This document shows, in pieces, positions 52,065 to 62,535 of a DNA stretch of 64,000 nt. How positions within the stretch are numbered: the stretch's first letter is position 1; every line of letters begins with the position of its first letter. The stretch is from contig JASGJH010000001.1 in NCBI GenBank assembly GCA_047601445.1, forward strand, positions 5,472,001 through 5,536,000, read 5' to 3'. The notes under the pieces were generated by a model, which saw only the letters and a list, made by a program, of their open reading frames with translations, was not told where the DNA came from and did not search any database. Origin of the DNA: Myxococcales bacterium. GTDB taxonomy: Bacteria > Myxococcota_A > Polyangia > Polyangiales > DASUME01. The translations under genes were made by a program, and so were the position numbers.

Positions 52065-52562
52065 ATGCGTGGACTGAGGGCGCTTGGCATCGGATGTCTG
52101 GCCTGGGCGGCCCTTTCCCTGGCGGCTGACGTCCCCACGGCTTCGCAGCTCACGGGGCCGGCCACGGCCCGCGCCGAAGAGAAGCAATCGGTGCTCGGGC
52201 CGGGTCTGTACATCTATCAACAGCGTGTCCGCGAGGCGACGTGCAAGGACGCCGAGCCCGACGGCTACGTGCTGAGCTTCATGGCCGCCATCGACGGCGT
52301 GCCCGGCTCGGTCACCATGACCATGCAGCTGGTAAACACGGCGTACTTCAAGGAGTGGACGCTCAAGGTCATGGGCAGCCAGGTGGTCGGCGAGTCCCGA
52401 CTCGGCAAGACACCCGACAGCCCCGACGCTCACTTCGAGGTCACGCGCGACGGCGATCGCTTCAAGGGCACCGGCTTTCGCACCTACAACGGCAGCTTCC
52501 AGGGTAAGCCCCAGCGCTGCAAAGTGAGCTACGACGCCCTGCTCAAGCGGCTGGATAGCTGA
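52065..52562 (+). CDS. Secreted hypothetical protein
   Basis: Signal peptide MRGLRALGIGCLAWAALSLAA; strong GC3 codon bias. Confidence 0.65.
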   Translation: MRGLRALGIGCLAWAALSLAADVPTASQLTGPATARAEEKQSVLGPGLYIYQQRVREATCKDAEPDGYVLSFMAAIDGVPGSVTMTMQLVNTAYFKEWTLKVMGSQVVGESRLGKTPDSPDAHFEVTRDGDRFKGTGFRTYNGSFQGKPQRCKVSYDALLKRLDS

Positions 52563-52730
52563 CCCCTCCCGCGCCCCTCCCCTGTCCGCAACCAACCCGC
52601 GCGCTCTCTGTTGGCCTCGGTGCGCCCTCTGGTCTGGGCCGGCGCTGCGGGGGCTCAGGGGCGGGATGGCTGCGCGAGGGCGCTTTGTCGCGCGCAGGTT
52701 GGTTGAGGGCAAGCGCGAGGGCAGAGGAGT

Positions 52731-53603
52731 TCAGTTGGGGAACACCGCGCGCGTCGCCGCCAGCGGATCCTGATGCTTCTCGTACTCCGCGATCCAGCGC
52801 GCCACTTGCTCGGGCATCCCCGAATCCCATGGGTGGAAGCTTGGCTTGAACCACGCCAGATAGCTCGGGATCATGCGCGTGATGAACCCGCGCGGACCGT
52901 ACATGCCCCATAGGCCACGCGCGACAAGGCGGGGGCGATCGCGGATGCCGTCGACCTCGAACATGTGACCCATGATCGCGGCCACGCGCACGTGCAGGTA
53001 GAGCGTGAAGTACACCATGGCGAGCGTACGGGTGAGATAGTCCCCGCGCGCCACGCCGCGATAGACGTCGAAGGCCACGGCCTTGTGCTCCACCTCTTCC
53101 ACCGCGTGCCACAGAAACAACGCGCGCATCTCCGGGTGCGCCGCCTCGTTGACGAAGGGGGCGAACGCGAGGATGCCCTCGGCGAGCGTGGCGGTGAGGT
53201 GCTCGGCCGCGGCGGTCAGCGCGAGCTGCATCTTGGGGCTGAGCTCACGTTGGGCCCAGCGCTTCTGGGCGGCAATGCCCTTGATGATGCGCTCGACCTT
53301 CACGCCCTGCTCGGTGAGCCGCCTGTTGTAGGCGCTATGGGCCGCGCCGTGCTGGGCTTCCTGTCGGCTGAAGAGCTTCACGTCCTCGCGCAACTTCGGA
53401 TCGTCGACCTGGGTCTCGAAGGCGCGCACGGACTCCATGAAGAAGCGCTCGCCCTCGGGGAAGTTGATCGACAGCGCGTCGAGGAAACGCGTGATGAAGG
53501 GATCGCCACCATTCCAGTGCCTGGGCACCCCGTCGAAGGCGAACTTGGTCTTGCGATGGTGAAGGTCCGCGTGGCTCTTGTGGACCGTCTGACTGCGCTG
53601 CAT
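52731..53603 (-). CDS. Metal-dependent hydrolase (ferritin-like predicted hydrolase family)
   Basis: FPEGERFF, QEAQH..AH, AAEHLTA, WHAVEEVEHKAVAFDVY, FHPW. Confidence 0.88.
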   Translation of the reverse strand: MQRSQTVHKSHADLHHRKTKFAFDGVPRHWNGGDPFITRFLDALSINFPEGERFFMESVRAFETQVDDPKLREDVKLFSRQEAQHGAAHSAYNRRLTEQGVKVERIIKGIAAQKRWAQRELSPKMQLALTAAAEHLTATLAEGILAFAPFVNEAAHPEMRALFLWHAVEEVEHKAVAFDVYRGVARGDYLTRTLAMVYFTLYLHVRVAAIMGHMFEVDGIRDRPRLVARGLWGMYGPRGFITRMIPSYLAWFKPSFHPWDSGMPEQVARWIAEYEKHQDPLAATRAVFPN

Positions 53604-53880
53604 CGAAACCCCCTCTGCTCTATGGGTGCACGGGGAGGGCACGCGCCCTCTCCCCGCCCAGCACGGCAAAGCCGCGCTGGGACCCACCTCTCCGCGAGGT
53701 TCGCTACGCTCACGGGAGGCTTGGGTGATGTTTGATGATGGCGCGAAAGAACACCCTGGCGGTAGGTGAGCAGAGGACAGCCTTTGGTGAGTAAAGGCCA
53801 ATGCGGAAATCACGATTACACACATCTATTCGCAAGAGACGCGCACATGACACGACCACACATTGGATCGGAAATCCGAA

Positions 53881-54723
53881 TTACGGCCACCACCGCGAGG
53901 GCAAACCCGCTCCCCCCAAGAGCGCCACGGCGTCCATGGTGAAGGCCACGGCCACATGCAGCGCAGCGCCGCCCCAGATCGAGCGTGTGCGCATGGCGAG
54001 CAGGCCCAACACCACGCCAGCGGGGATCGCGGCCACCACCTCGAGCAGCGGTTTGGTGAAATGGATCATGCAATAGGGCACGACCATGAAGGCGATGGCG
54101 TACACGCCGAGCGCGCGCCGCGAGCTCTCCAGCCAGAAGCCGCGGAAAAAGAACTCCAGGGCCACGAAGTGCGCCGCGTACATCAGCTCCCAGGCGAGCA
54201 GGTCGAACCAGCTCTCGCCGGCGCGCTTGTAGAATGGGTAGTAGCTCGAGAACTCTGGCCGTATGGCCGCCAGCAAGATCACTGGCAACAGCAGCAGGTA
54301 GAGCCCCCCATAAATCGGCAGCGCCTCGCGCAGCGAGTGCAAGGCGAGCCCGAACTCGTGCACGGGACGTCGCAAGAGCAGCCGCACTGCGAGCGCCGGC
54401 AGCACGAAGAAGCCGATCAAACGCCAGCCGATCCACCACGAGAGATCGAGCAGAGGCATCCAACGCGAGGCATAGAGTCCCTCGGATCCCCACAGCGTGC
54501 CGGGCACCCGCGCTTCGTAGAGCGAGAGCACCCGTGAGAGCGTGGCGGGCACGCCGACGTACTCCATGATCACCAGCGCAAGCGCGCCCACCACGCATGC
54601 CACCCAGGGGCCTGGGTCGATGCCTTGCGTGGTGCTCGATGCTGTCGCTCGCTCTGCCCGCGCGCCGTGCTCGATTGCTTCGAAGGACTCTCGAAGCCAG
54701 ATCAGCGCGCGCGCAGGGCTCAT
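53881..54723 (-). CDS. CPBP (Abi/CAAX) family intramembrane glutamic protease
   Basis: LEFFFRG, YCMIHFTKP, RTRSIWGGAALH; start overlaps the gltX stop. Confidence 0.85.
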   Translation of the reverse strand: MSPARALIWLRESFEAIEHGARAERATASSTTQGIDPGPWVACVVGALALVIMEYVGVPATLSRVLSLYEARVPGTLWGSEGLYASRWMPLLDLSWWIGWRLIGFFVLPALAVRLLLRRPVHEFGLALHSLREALPIYGGLYLLLLPVILLAAIRPEFSSYYPFYKRAGESWFDLLAWELMYAAHFVALEFFFRGFWLESSRRALGVYAIAFMVVPYCMIHFTKPLLEVVAAIPAGVVLGLLAMRTRSIWGGAALHVAVAFTMDAVALLGGAGLPSRWWP

Positions 54724-56171
54724 GCGCGCTCGGCGAGCGCTTTGCCGTGCTCGAGCCGCGCCGCGCTCATCTCACGCCCCAGCACGCCCATGATCTCGTA
54801 GAGGCCGGGGGCCGCACCACGCCCAGTGAGCGCCACGCGCGCCGCCTGTGCGAAGTCTTTCATGGCCACGCCGCTCTCGGCCATCCACGCGTTCACGCGC
54901 GCCTCGAGCTCGGCTTCCGTGAAGGGCTCGGCCGTGCGGGCGATCTGCGCCAAAGCGCCCAGCGCAGCGGCCACGGCAGGCACCAGGAACTTCTTCACGC
55001 TGGCCTCTTCCATCACCGGCTCGGCGCGGAAGTAGAAGTCCACGCGCTCGGCCGCATCAGCCAAGGTGCTGGCTCGCAGGCGTACGCTGGCGAAGGCCTT
55101 CTCGAGCCGCGGATCGTCCGCGCTCACCTGAAGGCCACGAGCCTGCACGAAGGGCAGCGCCAGCTCCGCGATGCGCGCCGGCGGGAGCATGCGCAGATGC
55201 TCGCCCTGCACGGCCGTGAGCTTCTTGAGGTCGTACTTGGCGCCGCCCGTACCCACGTGCTCGAAGTCGAACTTCTCGATGAGCTCCGCGCGCGTGAAGA
55301 TCTCCTGGTCGCCGTGGGACCAGCCGAGGCGCACCAGGTAGTTGAGCATGGCGTCCGGCAGATAACCCTGCTGCTCGTACTCCTTGACGCTCACGGCGGC
55401 GTGGCGCTTGGAGAGCTTCTGGCCGTTCTGCGCGAGGATCACCGGGCAGTGCGCGAAGACCGGTGCCTGGGCGCCGAGCGCCTCGAACAACAGCAGCTGC
55501 GGGGCCGTGTTGATGATGTGCTCCTCGCCGCGCACGACGTGGCTGATTTGCATGGTGAGGTCGTCGATGACGCAGGCGAAGTTGTAGAGCGGGATGCCGT
55601 CGCCGCGCACCAGGACGAAGTCCTGGATGTCCTTGTTGGGGATCGCAATCGGACCACGCACCATGTCCTGCCAGCCTGTCTCACCCGACTTGGGAGTCTT
55701 GAAGCGGATGACATGGGGCTTCTGCGGGTCGCCGTCGGTGCGATCGCGCCAGGGGCTCTCGAACGCGAAGCCCTCCGCCTTGCCGCCCGCCTGGACGAAC
55801 GCGGTGCGTGCCACCTCCTTCTCCTCCTGGGTGGCGAAGCAGCGATAGGCGTGGCCCGAGGCGAGCAAACGCTCGGCCGCCTCGCGGTAAGACTCGAGGC
55901 GCTCCGTTTGCCGGTACGGACCAAAGGGTCCCCCGATGTCGGGGCCTTCGTCCCAGCTGAGCCCTGCCCAGCGCATGCCGTCGAAGATGGCCTGCACGGC
56001 CTCGGGCGTGTTGCGCTCCTTGTCGGTGTCCTCGATGCGCAGCACGAACTTGCCGCCGTGTTTGCGCGCATACAACCAGCTGTACAGGGCCGTGCGGACG
56101 CCGCCGATGTGGAGGTATCCGGTGGGCGAGGGCGCAAAACGCGTGCGGACGGGCGGAGTGAGTGAGGTCAT
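54720..56171 (-). CDS. gltX: Glutamate--tRNA ligase
   Basis: RTRFAPSPTGYLHIGG, LRIEDTD, HVVRGEEH, KLSKR, RLGWSHGDQEIF. Confidence 0.97.
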   Translation of the reverse strand: MTSLTPPVRTRFAPSPTGYLHIGGVRTALYSWLYARKHGGKFVLRIEDTDKERNTPEAVQAIFDGMRWAGLSWDEGPDIGGPFGPYRQTERLESYREAAERLLASGHAYRCFATQEEKEVARTAFVQAGGKAEGFAFESPWRDRTDGDPQKPHVIRFKTPKSGETGWQDMVRGPIAIPNKDIQDFVLVRGDGIPLYNFACVIDDLTMQISHVVRGEEHIINTAPQLLLFEALGAQAPVFAHCPVILAQNGQKLSKRHAAVSVKEYEQQGYLPDAMLNYLVRLGWSHGDQEIFTRAELIEKFDFEHVGTGGAKYDLKKLTAVQGEHLRMLPPARIAELALPFVQARGLQVSADDPRLEKAFASVRLRASTLADAAERVDFYFRAEPVMEEASVKKFLVPAVAAALGALAQIARTAEPFTEAELEARVNAWMAESGVAMKDFAQAARVALTGRGAAPGLYEIMGVLGREMSAARLEHGKALAERA

Positions 56172-56383
56172 GGGTGTGTGCCCGGGTAGCATTCCGCGGC
56201 CTCGTTTCAACCAGCTCCGAGTCCCCGTTTGGGAATGAGCTCCAATGTGCGTCTACGGGCTGCTTAGAAAAAGCGTCTTTTCCCGACAAATTCTCACTTC
56301 TCCAGTGACCGTACGGAGCTAGAGTGCGAGGAATACGCGCTGGTGGGGGACTGGCGCGGCGTGGGGCCTGAGGGGGGCCACGC

Positions 56384-57106
56384 ATGACGAATGTGGAATC
56401 GACTCGCGCGGAGCGGCGCATCGCGACGCGCTATCCGATCCGAGGACAGGCCCGGCTTTTTTGGCCGGGCGGTGACAGTGCACTGGTGGATCTCGCAGAT
56501 ATGTCGGCAAGCGGGTGCTCGATCGTAGCCCGCAGCGTGTTGCCCACGGCCGGCACGCGCGTCTTTCTTTCGCTCGATATCGGTGGTCTCCCCAATGTCC
56601 GCTTGCCCGCCGTCGCGGTGCGTTCCGACTCGAACGCGACCGCACGTGGCACGGGCGGAGCCGTGCGCTTCGTCCTTCCGCACAGCAGCGCCGGGGGCCT
56701 CGATCGCCTGTTGGCGCAGCACAGTCGGATGAGTCGCGCGCCCTTTCGCGTGCTCCTGATCGACAGCCAGGTCCGCACCCGCGAGCGCATCGCGCAGGCT
56801 CTGCAGCTGGCCGGCGCCGAGGTCACGAGCGTCAGCACCGCGAACGACGCCATGCTGCGGCTGCGCTCCGAGAACATCGCCATGGTGCTCGCCCGCGGAG
56901 ATCTCGAGGGGCTGTCGGCCCTGGGCGCCCTCGGCCGGGTCTCGCCCGAGACCTTCCGGGTCGTCTTTGGGCGCGGCAGCGCGCGCGACGAAGCCCTCAG
57001 GCTGAGACTGGCCCAGGCGTCGGCCGACGATCCCTGCTCGGCCAAGTGCCTCGGGGCGCTGCTGCAGGACCGCTTGGCCGCCGCGATCAGCAGCGCGGAC
57101 CGCTGA
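56384..57106 (+). CDS. PilZ-domain protein with degenerate receiver-like domain
   Basis: RRIATR (RxxxR) and DMSASG (DxSxxG); C-terminal RVLLID receiver-like start. Confidence 0.75.
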   Translation: MTNVESTRAERRIATRYPIRGQARLFWPGGDSALVDLADMSASGCSIVARSVLPTAGTRVFLSLDIGGLPNVRLPAVAVRSDSNATARGTGGAVRFVLPHSSAGGLDRLLAQHSRMSRAPFRVLLIDSQVRTRERIAQALQLAGAEVTSVSTANDAMLRLRSENIAMVLARGDLEGLSALGALGRVSPETFRVVFGRGSARDEALRLRLAQASADDPCSAKCLGALLQDRLAAAISSADR

Positions 57107-57151
57107 GAGCCGGCCACCCGCTTCCACCCCCCCGCTGCTACACTGCGCGCA

Positions 57152-58636
57152 ATGGGGCAATTTTCCGCAGACATCGACCGTGTGGCTCTCACCTCGCGCC
57201 TAAACTCACGCGCCTCGGGGGCCCACGCAGAGCTCACGTTCTTGGGCTCCAAGGCCTTCGGTGAGGGTCTCACCACAGGCCAGAGCGACGCACCCGATGC
57301 GCCCGTCGAAGCGGGCGGGTCCGCCCGCGAGCCCAACATGGTGGCGCGCTATCGCATGCAGAACGGCCTTCGCATCCTGCTGCTGCGCGATCCTTCCGCC
57401 CCCGTGGTGAGCTATCACACCTGGTTCGGCGTGGGTTCGCGCCATGAACGCCCGGGCAAAACGGGCCTGGCGCACCTGTTCGAACACTTGATGTTCAACG
57501 AGACCAAGAACCTGCCCAAGGGCGAGTTCGACCGCACCCTCGAGGCCGCCGGCGGCGAGGTCAACGCGGCCACCTGGATCGACTGGACCTTCTACTACGA
57601 GAACGTCCCGAGCTCCGAGCTCGGGCTGGTGGCGCGACTCGAGGCCGAGCGCATGAACAACCTGGTGCTGCGTGAGCCGCAGGTGGTCTCGGAGAAGGAA
57701 GTGGTGGCCAACGAGCGCCGCTACCGCGTGGATGACGATGTCGAAGGTGCGGTGAACGAGCTGCTCTACAAGACCGCCTTCACCGTGCATCCCTACCACT
57801 GGCCCACGATCGGCTGGATGGAGGACATCCAGGCCTTTACCACCGAGGACTGCGAGAGCTTCTACGGCACCTACTACGCGCCCAACAACGCCATCCTGGT
57901 GATCGCGGGCGACCTCGACGAAGAGGGCGCGCTCTCGTTGATCCAGGAGCACTACGGCAAGTTGCCCGCTGCTCTCTTGCCCAAGCACGAGTTTCAGGCG
58001 GAGCCCGAGCAGACCGTGGAACGCGTGCTTTCGGTGGCCAAGCCCACGCCCACCGAGAAACTGGCGCTCGGCTACAAGAGCCCAGCGCTCGGCACGCAGG
58101 AGCACGCCACGCTCAGCGTGCTCAACGAGATCTTGTTCGGGGGCCGCAGCTCACGTCTGTATCGGACGCTGGTCGTGGAACAGGAGCTCGCCAGCGAGGT
58201 GCGGGGCAGTCTGAGTCCGTCGCAGGATCCGGGGTTGTACGAGATCTGGATCTCGCTGCGTGAAGACAAGGAGGCCAAGAGCGCCCTCGAGCTCGTGGAC
58301 GCGGCGCTGGGCCTTTTGGCGCGCGAAGCGGTGCGAGCGGAGGAGCTGACCAAGGCGAAAAATCGCCTGGAATTGGGCTTTTTGCAGGGCATGGAGACGG
58401 CCAGCGGCAAGGCCGAGCAGCTCGGTTTCTACGAGCTGGTGCTGGGCGACGCGCACCGCGTGTTCAGTCAGCTCGAGGCCTATCGAGCGGTGACGCCGGC
58501 GGACCTGATGGCGGCCGCGGCACACCTGACACCGGCGAAGCGCACCACGATCTTCGTGGAGCCGTCGGGGGAAGAGCCGGAAGGGGATGACGGGGACGAT
58601 GAAGCGGATCTGGAAGCGAACGGGGCAGCAGCGTGA
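57152..58636 (+). CDS. M16 family zinc peptidase, catalytic subunit
   Basis: GLAHLFEHLMF (HxxEH), EKEVVANERR, HPYHWPTIGW, YYAPNNA; start uncertain. Confidence 0.93.
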   Translation: MGQFSADIDRVALTSRLNSRASGAHAELTFLGSKAFGEGLTTGQSDAPDAPVEAGGSAREPNMVARYRMQNGLRILLLRDPSAPVVSYHTWFGVGSRHERPGKTGLAHLFEHLMFNETKNLPKGEFDRTLEAAGGEVNAATWIDWTFYYENVPSSELGLVARLEAERMNNLVLREPQVVSEKEVVANERRYRVDDDVEGAVNELLYKTAFTVHPYHWPTIGWMEDIQAFTTEDCESFYGTYYAPNNAILVIAGDLDEEGALSLIQEHYGKLPAALLPKHEFQAEPEQTVERVLSVAKPTPTEKLALGYKSPALGTQEHATLSVLNEILFGGRSSRLYRTLVVEQELASEVRGSLSPSQDPGLYEIWISLREDKEAKSALELVDAALGLLAREAVRAEELTKAKNRLELGFLQGMETASGKAEQLGFYELVLGDAHRVFSQLEAYRAVTPADLMAAAAHLTPAKRTTIFVEPSGEEPEGDDGDDEADLEANGAAA

Positions 58637-59916
58637 GTGACAAACTGCTTGTGGAGGAGAGCCACGCGCTCCCGCTCGTGCACTTTCAGGTCGTGTTGCC
58701 CACCGGGAGCCTCGCCGATCAGCCCGGACACGAAGGGCTCACGCGCCTCGCCGCGCGCCTGATGCGGCGCGGAACCCGGCAGCAAACCACGCAGCAAATC
58801 GAGGAGCGTATCGACTCGCTGGGGGCCGAGCTCGGCATCGAGACCGCACCGGGCTTCGTGCGCTTCAGCGGTTCCACCATCAAGCGCAGCCTGGAGCCGT
58901 TGCTCGCGCTATTGGGAGAGATCCTGGCCGAGCCTAGCTTCCCGGAGCGCGAGCTGGCGCAGCTCAAGCGCGAGTCGGTGGCGGCCCTGGTGGAGCTCAC
59001 GGACAGCGACCAAAGCCTGGTCAGTACGCACTTTCGGCGCGCGCTCTACCGCGGTCATCCCTACGGGCGCACCAGCCTGGGCACGCGCAGCACGCTCGAG
59101 GCGATCACGCTCGACCAGGTGACCGCGCGCTATCGGGACGGGCTCGCCAAGAGCGCACGCACGGTGGGTTTCGCAGGCGACATCAAGCCCAGCGAGGCCC
59201 AGCGCTTGGTGGAGAAGTACCTTGCCAGCCCGGCTGGCGCCGTGAGCGCGCGGACGCGTCCGCCGGAGCCGAGCATGCCCAAGGGGCGCCACCTGCGCAT
59301 CGTGGACAAGCCCGAACGCACGCAGACGCAGATTCAGATCGGGCGCCTGGGCACGCACCCGCATGATCCGGACCACGTGGCGCTGGTGGTGGGCAACGCG
59401 GTCTTCGGCGGCGCCTTCACGGCGCGCTTGATGCGCGCGGTGCGCTCCGAGCGCGGCTGGTCCTACGGAGCCTCGAGCCGACTGGCCATCGACCGCGTGC
59501 GCGAGGCCTGGAACATGTGGACCTTCCCGGCGGCGAGCGACGCCGCGCCCTGCATCGCCCTGCAGCTCGAGCTCATGCAGAGCTGGGTCGAGGGTGGCAT
59601 CACCGACGAAGAGCTCGCGTTCGCCAAGAGCTTCTTGATCAAGAGCCACGCCTTCGCGGTGGACACGGCGGACAAGCGCCTCGAACAGGCCGTGGAGGTT
59701 TGGCTCTACGATCTGCCGAGCGACTACTTCAGCGACTACACGAAGCACGTGGAGGCCGTGACCACGGACCAGGTCAATCAAGCCCTGCGCGCGCGTCTCT
59801 CGGTCGACGACCTGGTGCTTTCCGTGGTCGCCACGGAGGGCGAGATCGGCACCGCGCTCAAGGCCTTACCGGGCCTCACGAGCAGCGAGGTCGTCGCCTT
59901 CGACGCGGATACCTAA
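58633..59916 (+). CDS. M16 family peptidase, non-catalytic partner subunit
   Basis: M16 fold motifs (GHPYGR, GGAFTARLM..VRSERGWSYG) without HxxEH; GTGA overlap with the upstream gene. Confidence 0.9.
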   Translation: MSDKLLVEESHALPLVHFQVVLPTGSLADQPGHEGLTRLAARLMRRGTRQQTTQQIEERIDSLGAELGIETAPGFVRFSGSTIKRSLEPLLALLGEILAEPSFPERELAQLKRESVAALVELTDSDQSLVSTHFRRALYRGHPYGRTSLGTRSTLEAITLDQVTARYRDGLAKSARTVGFAGDIKPSEAQRLVEKYLASPAGAVSARTRPPEPSMPKGRHLRIVDKPERTQTQIQIGRLGTHPHDPDHVALVVGNAVFGGAFTARLMRAVRSERGWSYGASSRLAIDRVREAWNMWTFPAASDAAPCIALQLELMQSWVEGGITDEELAFAKSFLIKSHAFAVDTADKRLEQAVEVWLYDLPSDYFSDYTKHVEAVTTDQVNQALRARLSVDDLVLSVVATEGEIGTALKALPGLTSSEVVAFDADT

Positions 59917-60869
59917 AAGAGCACGATGTCGTCGCAGGCGAGGGCGAAGGTATCGAGTGCCTCCTCCAGCGCCACGTCGAGCTTGCCCGTGCAGATATTG
60001 CTGAACACCGCGTTCTTGCCGGTGTCCTTCACGAACTCCTTCAAGCGCGTGGCCTCGCTGGCGTCACCGAGCTCCGACTTGCAGTCCATCTGACCTGCGA
60101 TCACGGCGGTGGCCCAGCGGCTGCGGTTTCCCTTGATGCCATCGAAGGTCTTGATGAAGTCGGCGACCGGTACCTCGTTGCCGAACGAGAGCCCAGGGAT
60201 GATGGTGGAGCCCGGCGGCACGGTCCCGTCGTCTTCGTCGGTGAGGATCACGATGGCGAGCAGCGCATCCTCGCGCAAGAAGTCCTTGTTGGTGTCCTTG
60301 AGCCGCGTGGTCAGGGCCGACTGGGCGGCGCCGAGCGGTTGCTCTTGGCCCGAACCGTTGGTGCCCACGGTGGCGATCTTGGTGAAGGTGGCCGTGAGGT
60401 CGGCATCGCCCGCGGAGAGCCAGGCGTGCTGCATCTCCTGGGACTTGATGAACATGCCGTCTTGGACGTTGTCGAGCTTCATGCCGAAGAACTCTTCCGG
60501 GAACGACGTGGTGGTCACCGCGACGCGATAGTCGAGCAGGCCGCCTTTGTAGTCCTCGAGGACCTCGATCATCTTGGGGAAGCTCTGGGCCAGGAGCTTT
60601 TGCTCCTCTTCCATGGAGCCCGAGTTATCCACCACGAACACGATGTCCATCTTGCTGCAGCCGTTGCCGGTCTCGCCGCCGCCACCGCCGTCACCGTCGC
60701 CATCACCGTCGCCGTCACCGTCACCATCGCCGTCGCCGTCGCCGTCACCGGCGTCGGCTCCACTGGTGTTGGGAGTCACGAGTGGATCGGGATCTGCGCA
60801 AGAGGACACGCCCAAGCCGAGCAAGAGACCAGAAGAGAGAAGCGATAAGCAAAAGCGTCGGGATGTCAC
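59913..60869 (-). CDS. vWA-domain lipoprotein with Gly-Asp repeat linker
   Basis: Lipobox VSSC, (GD)n tract, MIDAS DIVFVVDNSGSM, LTDEDD. Confidence 0.8.
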   Translation of the reverse strand: MTSRRFCLSLLSSGLLLGLGVSSCADPDPLVTPNTSGADAGDGDGDGDGDGDGDGDGDGDGGGGGETGNGCSKMDIVFVVDNSGSMEEEQKLLAQSFPKMIEVLEDYKGGLLDYRVAVTTTSFPEEFFGMKLDNVQDGMFIKSQEMQHAWLSAGDADLTATFTKIATVGTNGSGQEQPLGAAQSALTTRLKDTNKDFLREDALLAIVILTDEDDGTVPPGSTIIPGLSFGNEVPVADFIKTFDGIKGNRSRWATAVIAGQMDCKSELGDASEATRLKEFVKDTGKNAVFSNICTGKLDVALEEALDTFALACDDIVLF

Positions 60870-61141
60870 GACTCACCTCACACGTAAGACCTGCACTCTA
60901 TCCCGCATGCCGAGGGATGGGTATGCCTCCCGTGGCCAACCGCTTTGACTGTTGTGGAAAACACCCCACCCCGACGGAATTCATTTTGGTTTTGCGAGGT
61001 CGCTCTCAAGCCGGACCGATTCCGCCTCTTCCTGGTACTGTGCGAAAGACAGGGAACTTTCTAGTCTCGCTCGATTTGGATGCAGCGTAGGGTGCTGCCA
61101 CGCGCTTCGATGACGGGATTTGGGACCAGGTGGGGTGACTC

Positions 61142-62395
61142 ATGGGTAGGAACGAGCGGAAGAGCGGTGTGGCGGCGGCGAGCTTGGGCGGACTCTCGCT
61201 GGCGCTCCTGGGCCTGGGTCTCCTGGGCTGCGGAGGAAGCGAAGGCTCCAAGGGCAAACCCCTACCCTGCCTCCGCGGCGATCTCGAGGGTTGCTACGAG
61301 AAGTGCGACACCACCGCCGACTGCGGCTCGGGCCTTACCTGCCAGCAAGACGGACTGAAGCGCCAGTGCTTGGCCTACTGCACGGCCGAAAGCGCCAGCA
61401 CCGACTGTGGTCCCAACAGCAGCTGCAGCGCGCTCGGACAATGCGAGAAGGGGAGTCTCGACGGCGGCAGCTCAGACGGCGACGGTGGCAAGCCCGGCGG
61501 GGGCGGCTGCGGCAAGGTCGACGTGGCGGCCCACCCGCAGACTCCTAACGTGATCCTGATCGTGGACCAGTCGAGCAGCATGGCCGAGGACCTCGGGGGC
61601 GTGAGCCGCTGGCAAGCACTCAAGAACGTGCTGCTCGCCAACGACGGCTTGATCGCCGACCTGCAGTCCAAGGTGCGCTTCGGGCTCTTCCTGTACTCGA
61701 GCAAGAACCACGAGATCGCCTGTCCCGCGCTGACCTCGGTCAGCGCGAAGCTCGACAACCTCGCGGCCATTCGCGACGTGTACCTGCCGGCCGACATGAT
61801 CGAGGACACCCCCACCGGCGATGCGGTCACCGCCATCACGGACATGGTGACCAATCAGTTCGTGGATATGGGCGTGTCCGACGAGACCATCTTCATTCTC
61901 GCCACCGACGGCGAGCCCGACACCTGCGCCCAGCCCGACCCGCAGAACGGGCAGCAGCAGGCGATCGCCGCGGTGAAGCGCGCCTTCGACATGGACATCA
62001 AGACCTACGTGATCGCGGTCTCGAAGGACAACCAGGAGGGCATCTCGAGCGGGCACGCCCAGGCCCTGGCGAGTGCCGGCGTGGGCGGAGCTTCGAGCGC
62101 CAAATTCTACCGCGTGAGCAACGTGACGGAGCTCGAGAGTTCGCTGCGCGAAATCGTGGAGGGCCAGCTCGACTGCGTGCAGAAGCTCAACGGCACCTTC
62201 CCCGACGAAGTGAAGACGGCCTGCGACGCCGACGGCACGGTGTCGGTGAGCGGGAAGGCCCTGATGTGCGACGCTGACTGGGTGATCGTCAATCCTTCCA
62301 CCATCGAGATCAAGGGCGAGGCTTGCGATCGCGTCAAGGCGGACAACGCGTCGATCTCCGCGCAGTTCGCTTGCGGCGTCATCGACCTGTTCTGA
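61142..62395 (+). CDS. Cys-rich vWA-domain lipoprotein
   Basis: Lipobox LLGC, Cys-rich N-terminus, MIDAS IVDQSSSM, TPTG, LATDGEP. Confidence 0.8.
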   Translation: MGRNERKSGVAAASLGGLSLALLGLGLLGCGGSEGSKGKPLPCLRGDLEGCYEKCDTTADCGSGLTCQQDGLKRQCLAYCTAESASTDCGPNSSCSALGQCEKGSLDGGSSDGDGGKPGGGGCGKVDVAAHPQTPNVILIVDQSSSMAEDLGGVSRWQALKNVLLANDGLIADLQSKVRFGLFLYSSKNHEIACPALTSVSAKLDNLAAIRDVYLPADMIEDTPTGDAVTAITDMVTNQFVDMGVSDETIFILATDGEPDTCAQPDPQNGQQQAIAAVKRAFDMDIKTYVIAVSKDNQEGISSGHAQALASAGVGGASSAKFYRVSNVTELESSLREIVEGQLDCVQKLNGTFPDEVKTACDADGTVSVSGKALMCDADWVIVNPSTIEIKGEACDRVKADNASISAQFACGVIDLF

Positions 62396-62535
62396 CGGTC
62401 ACTGCCTTGGGCAACCGCGTGCTGTGCTGGGGCTCGTGCTCAACAGCCCACGCGTCGCAGGCGGAGCCGTCGTGCACGCGCACGAGCACGAGCTCGCAAA
62501 AGGCGCTTGGTCGGCGGCCCTGCTAGAACCGGTCC

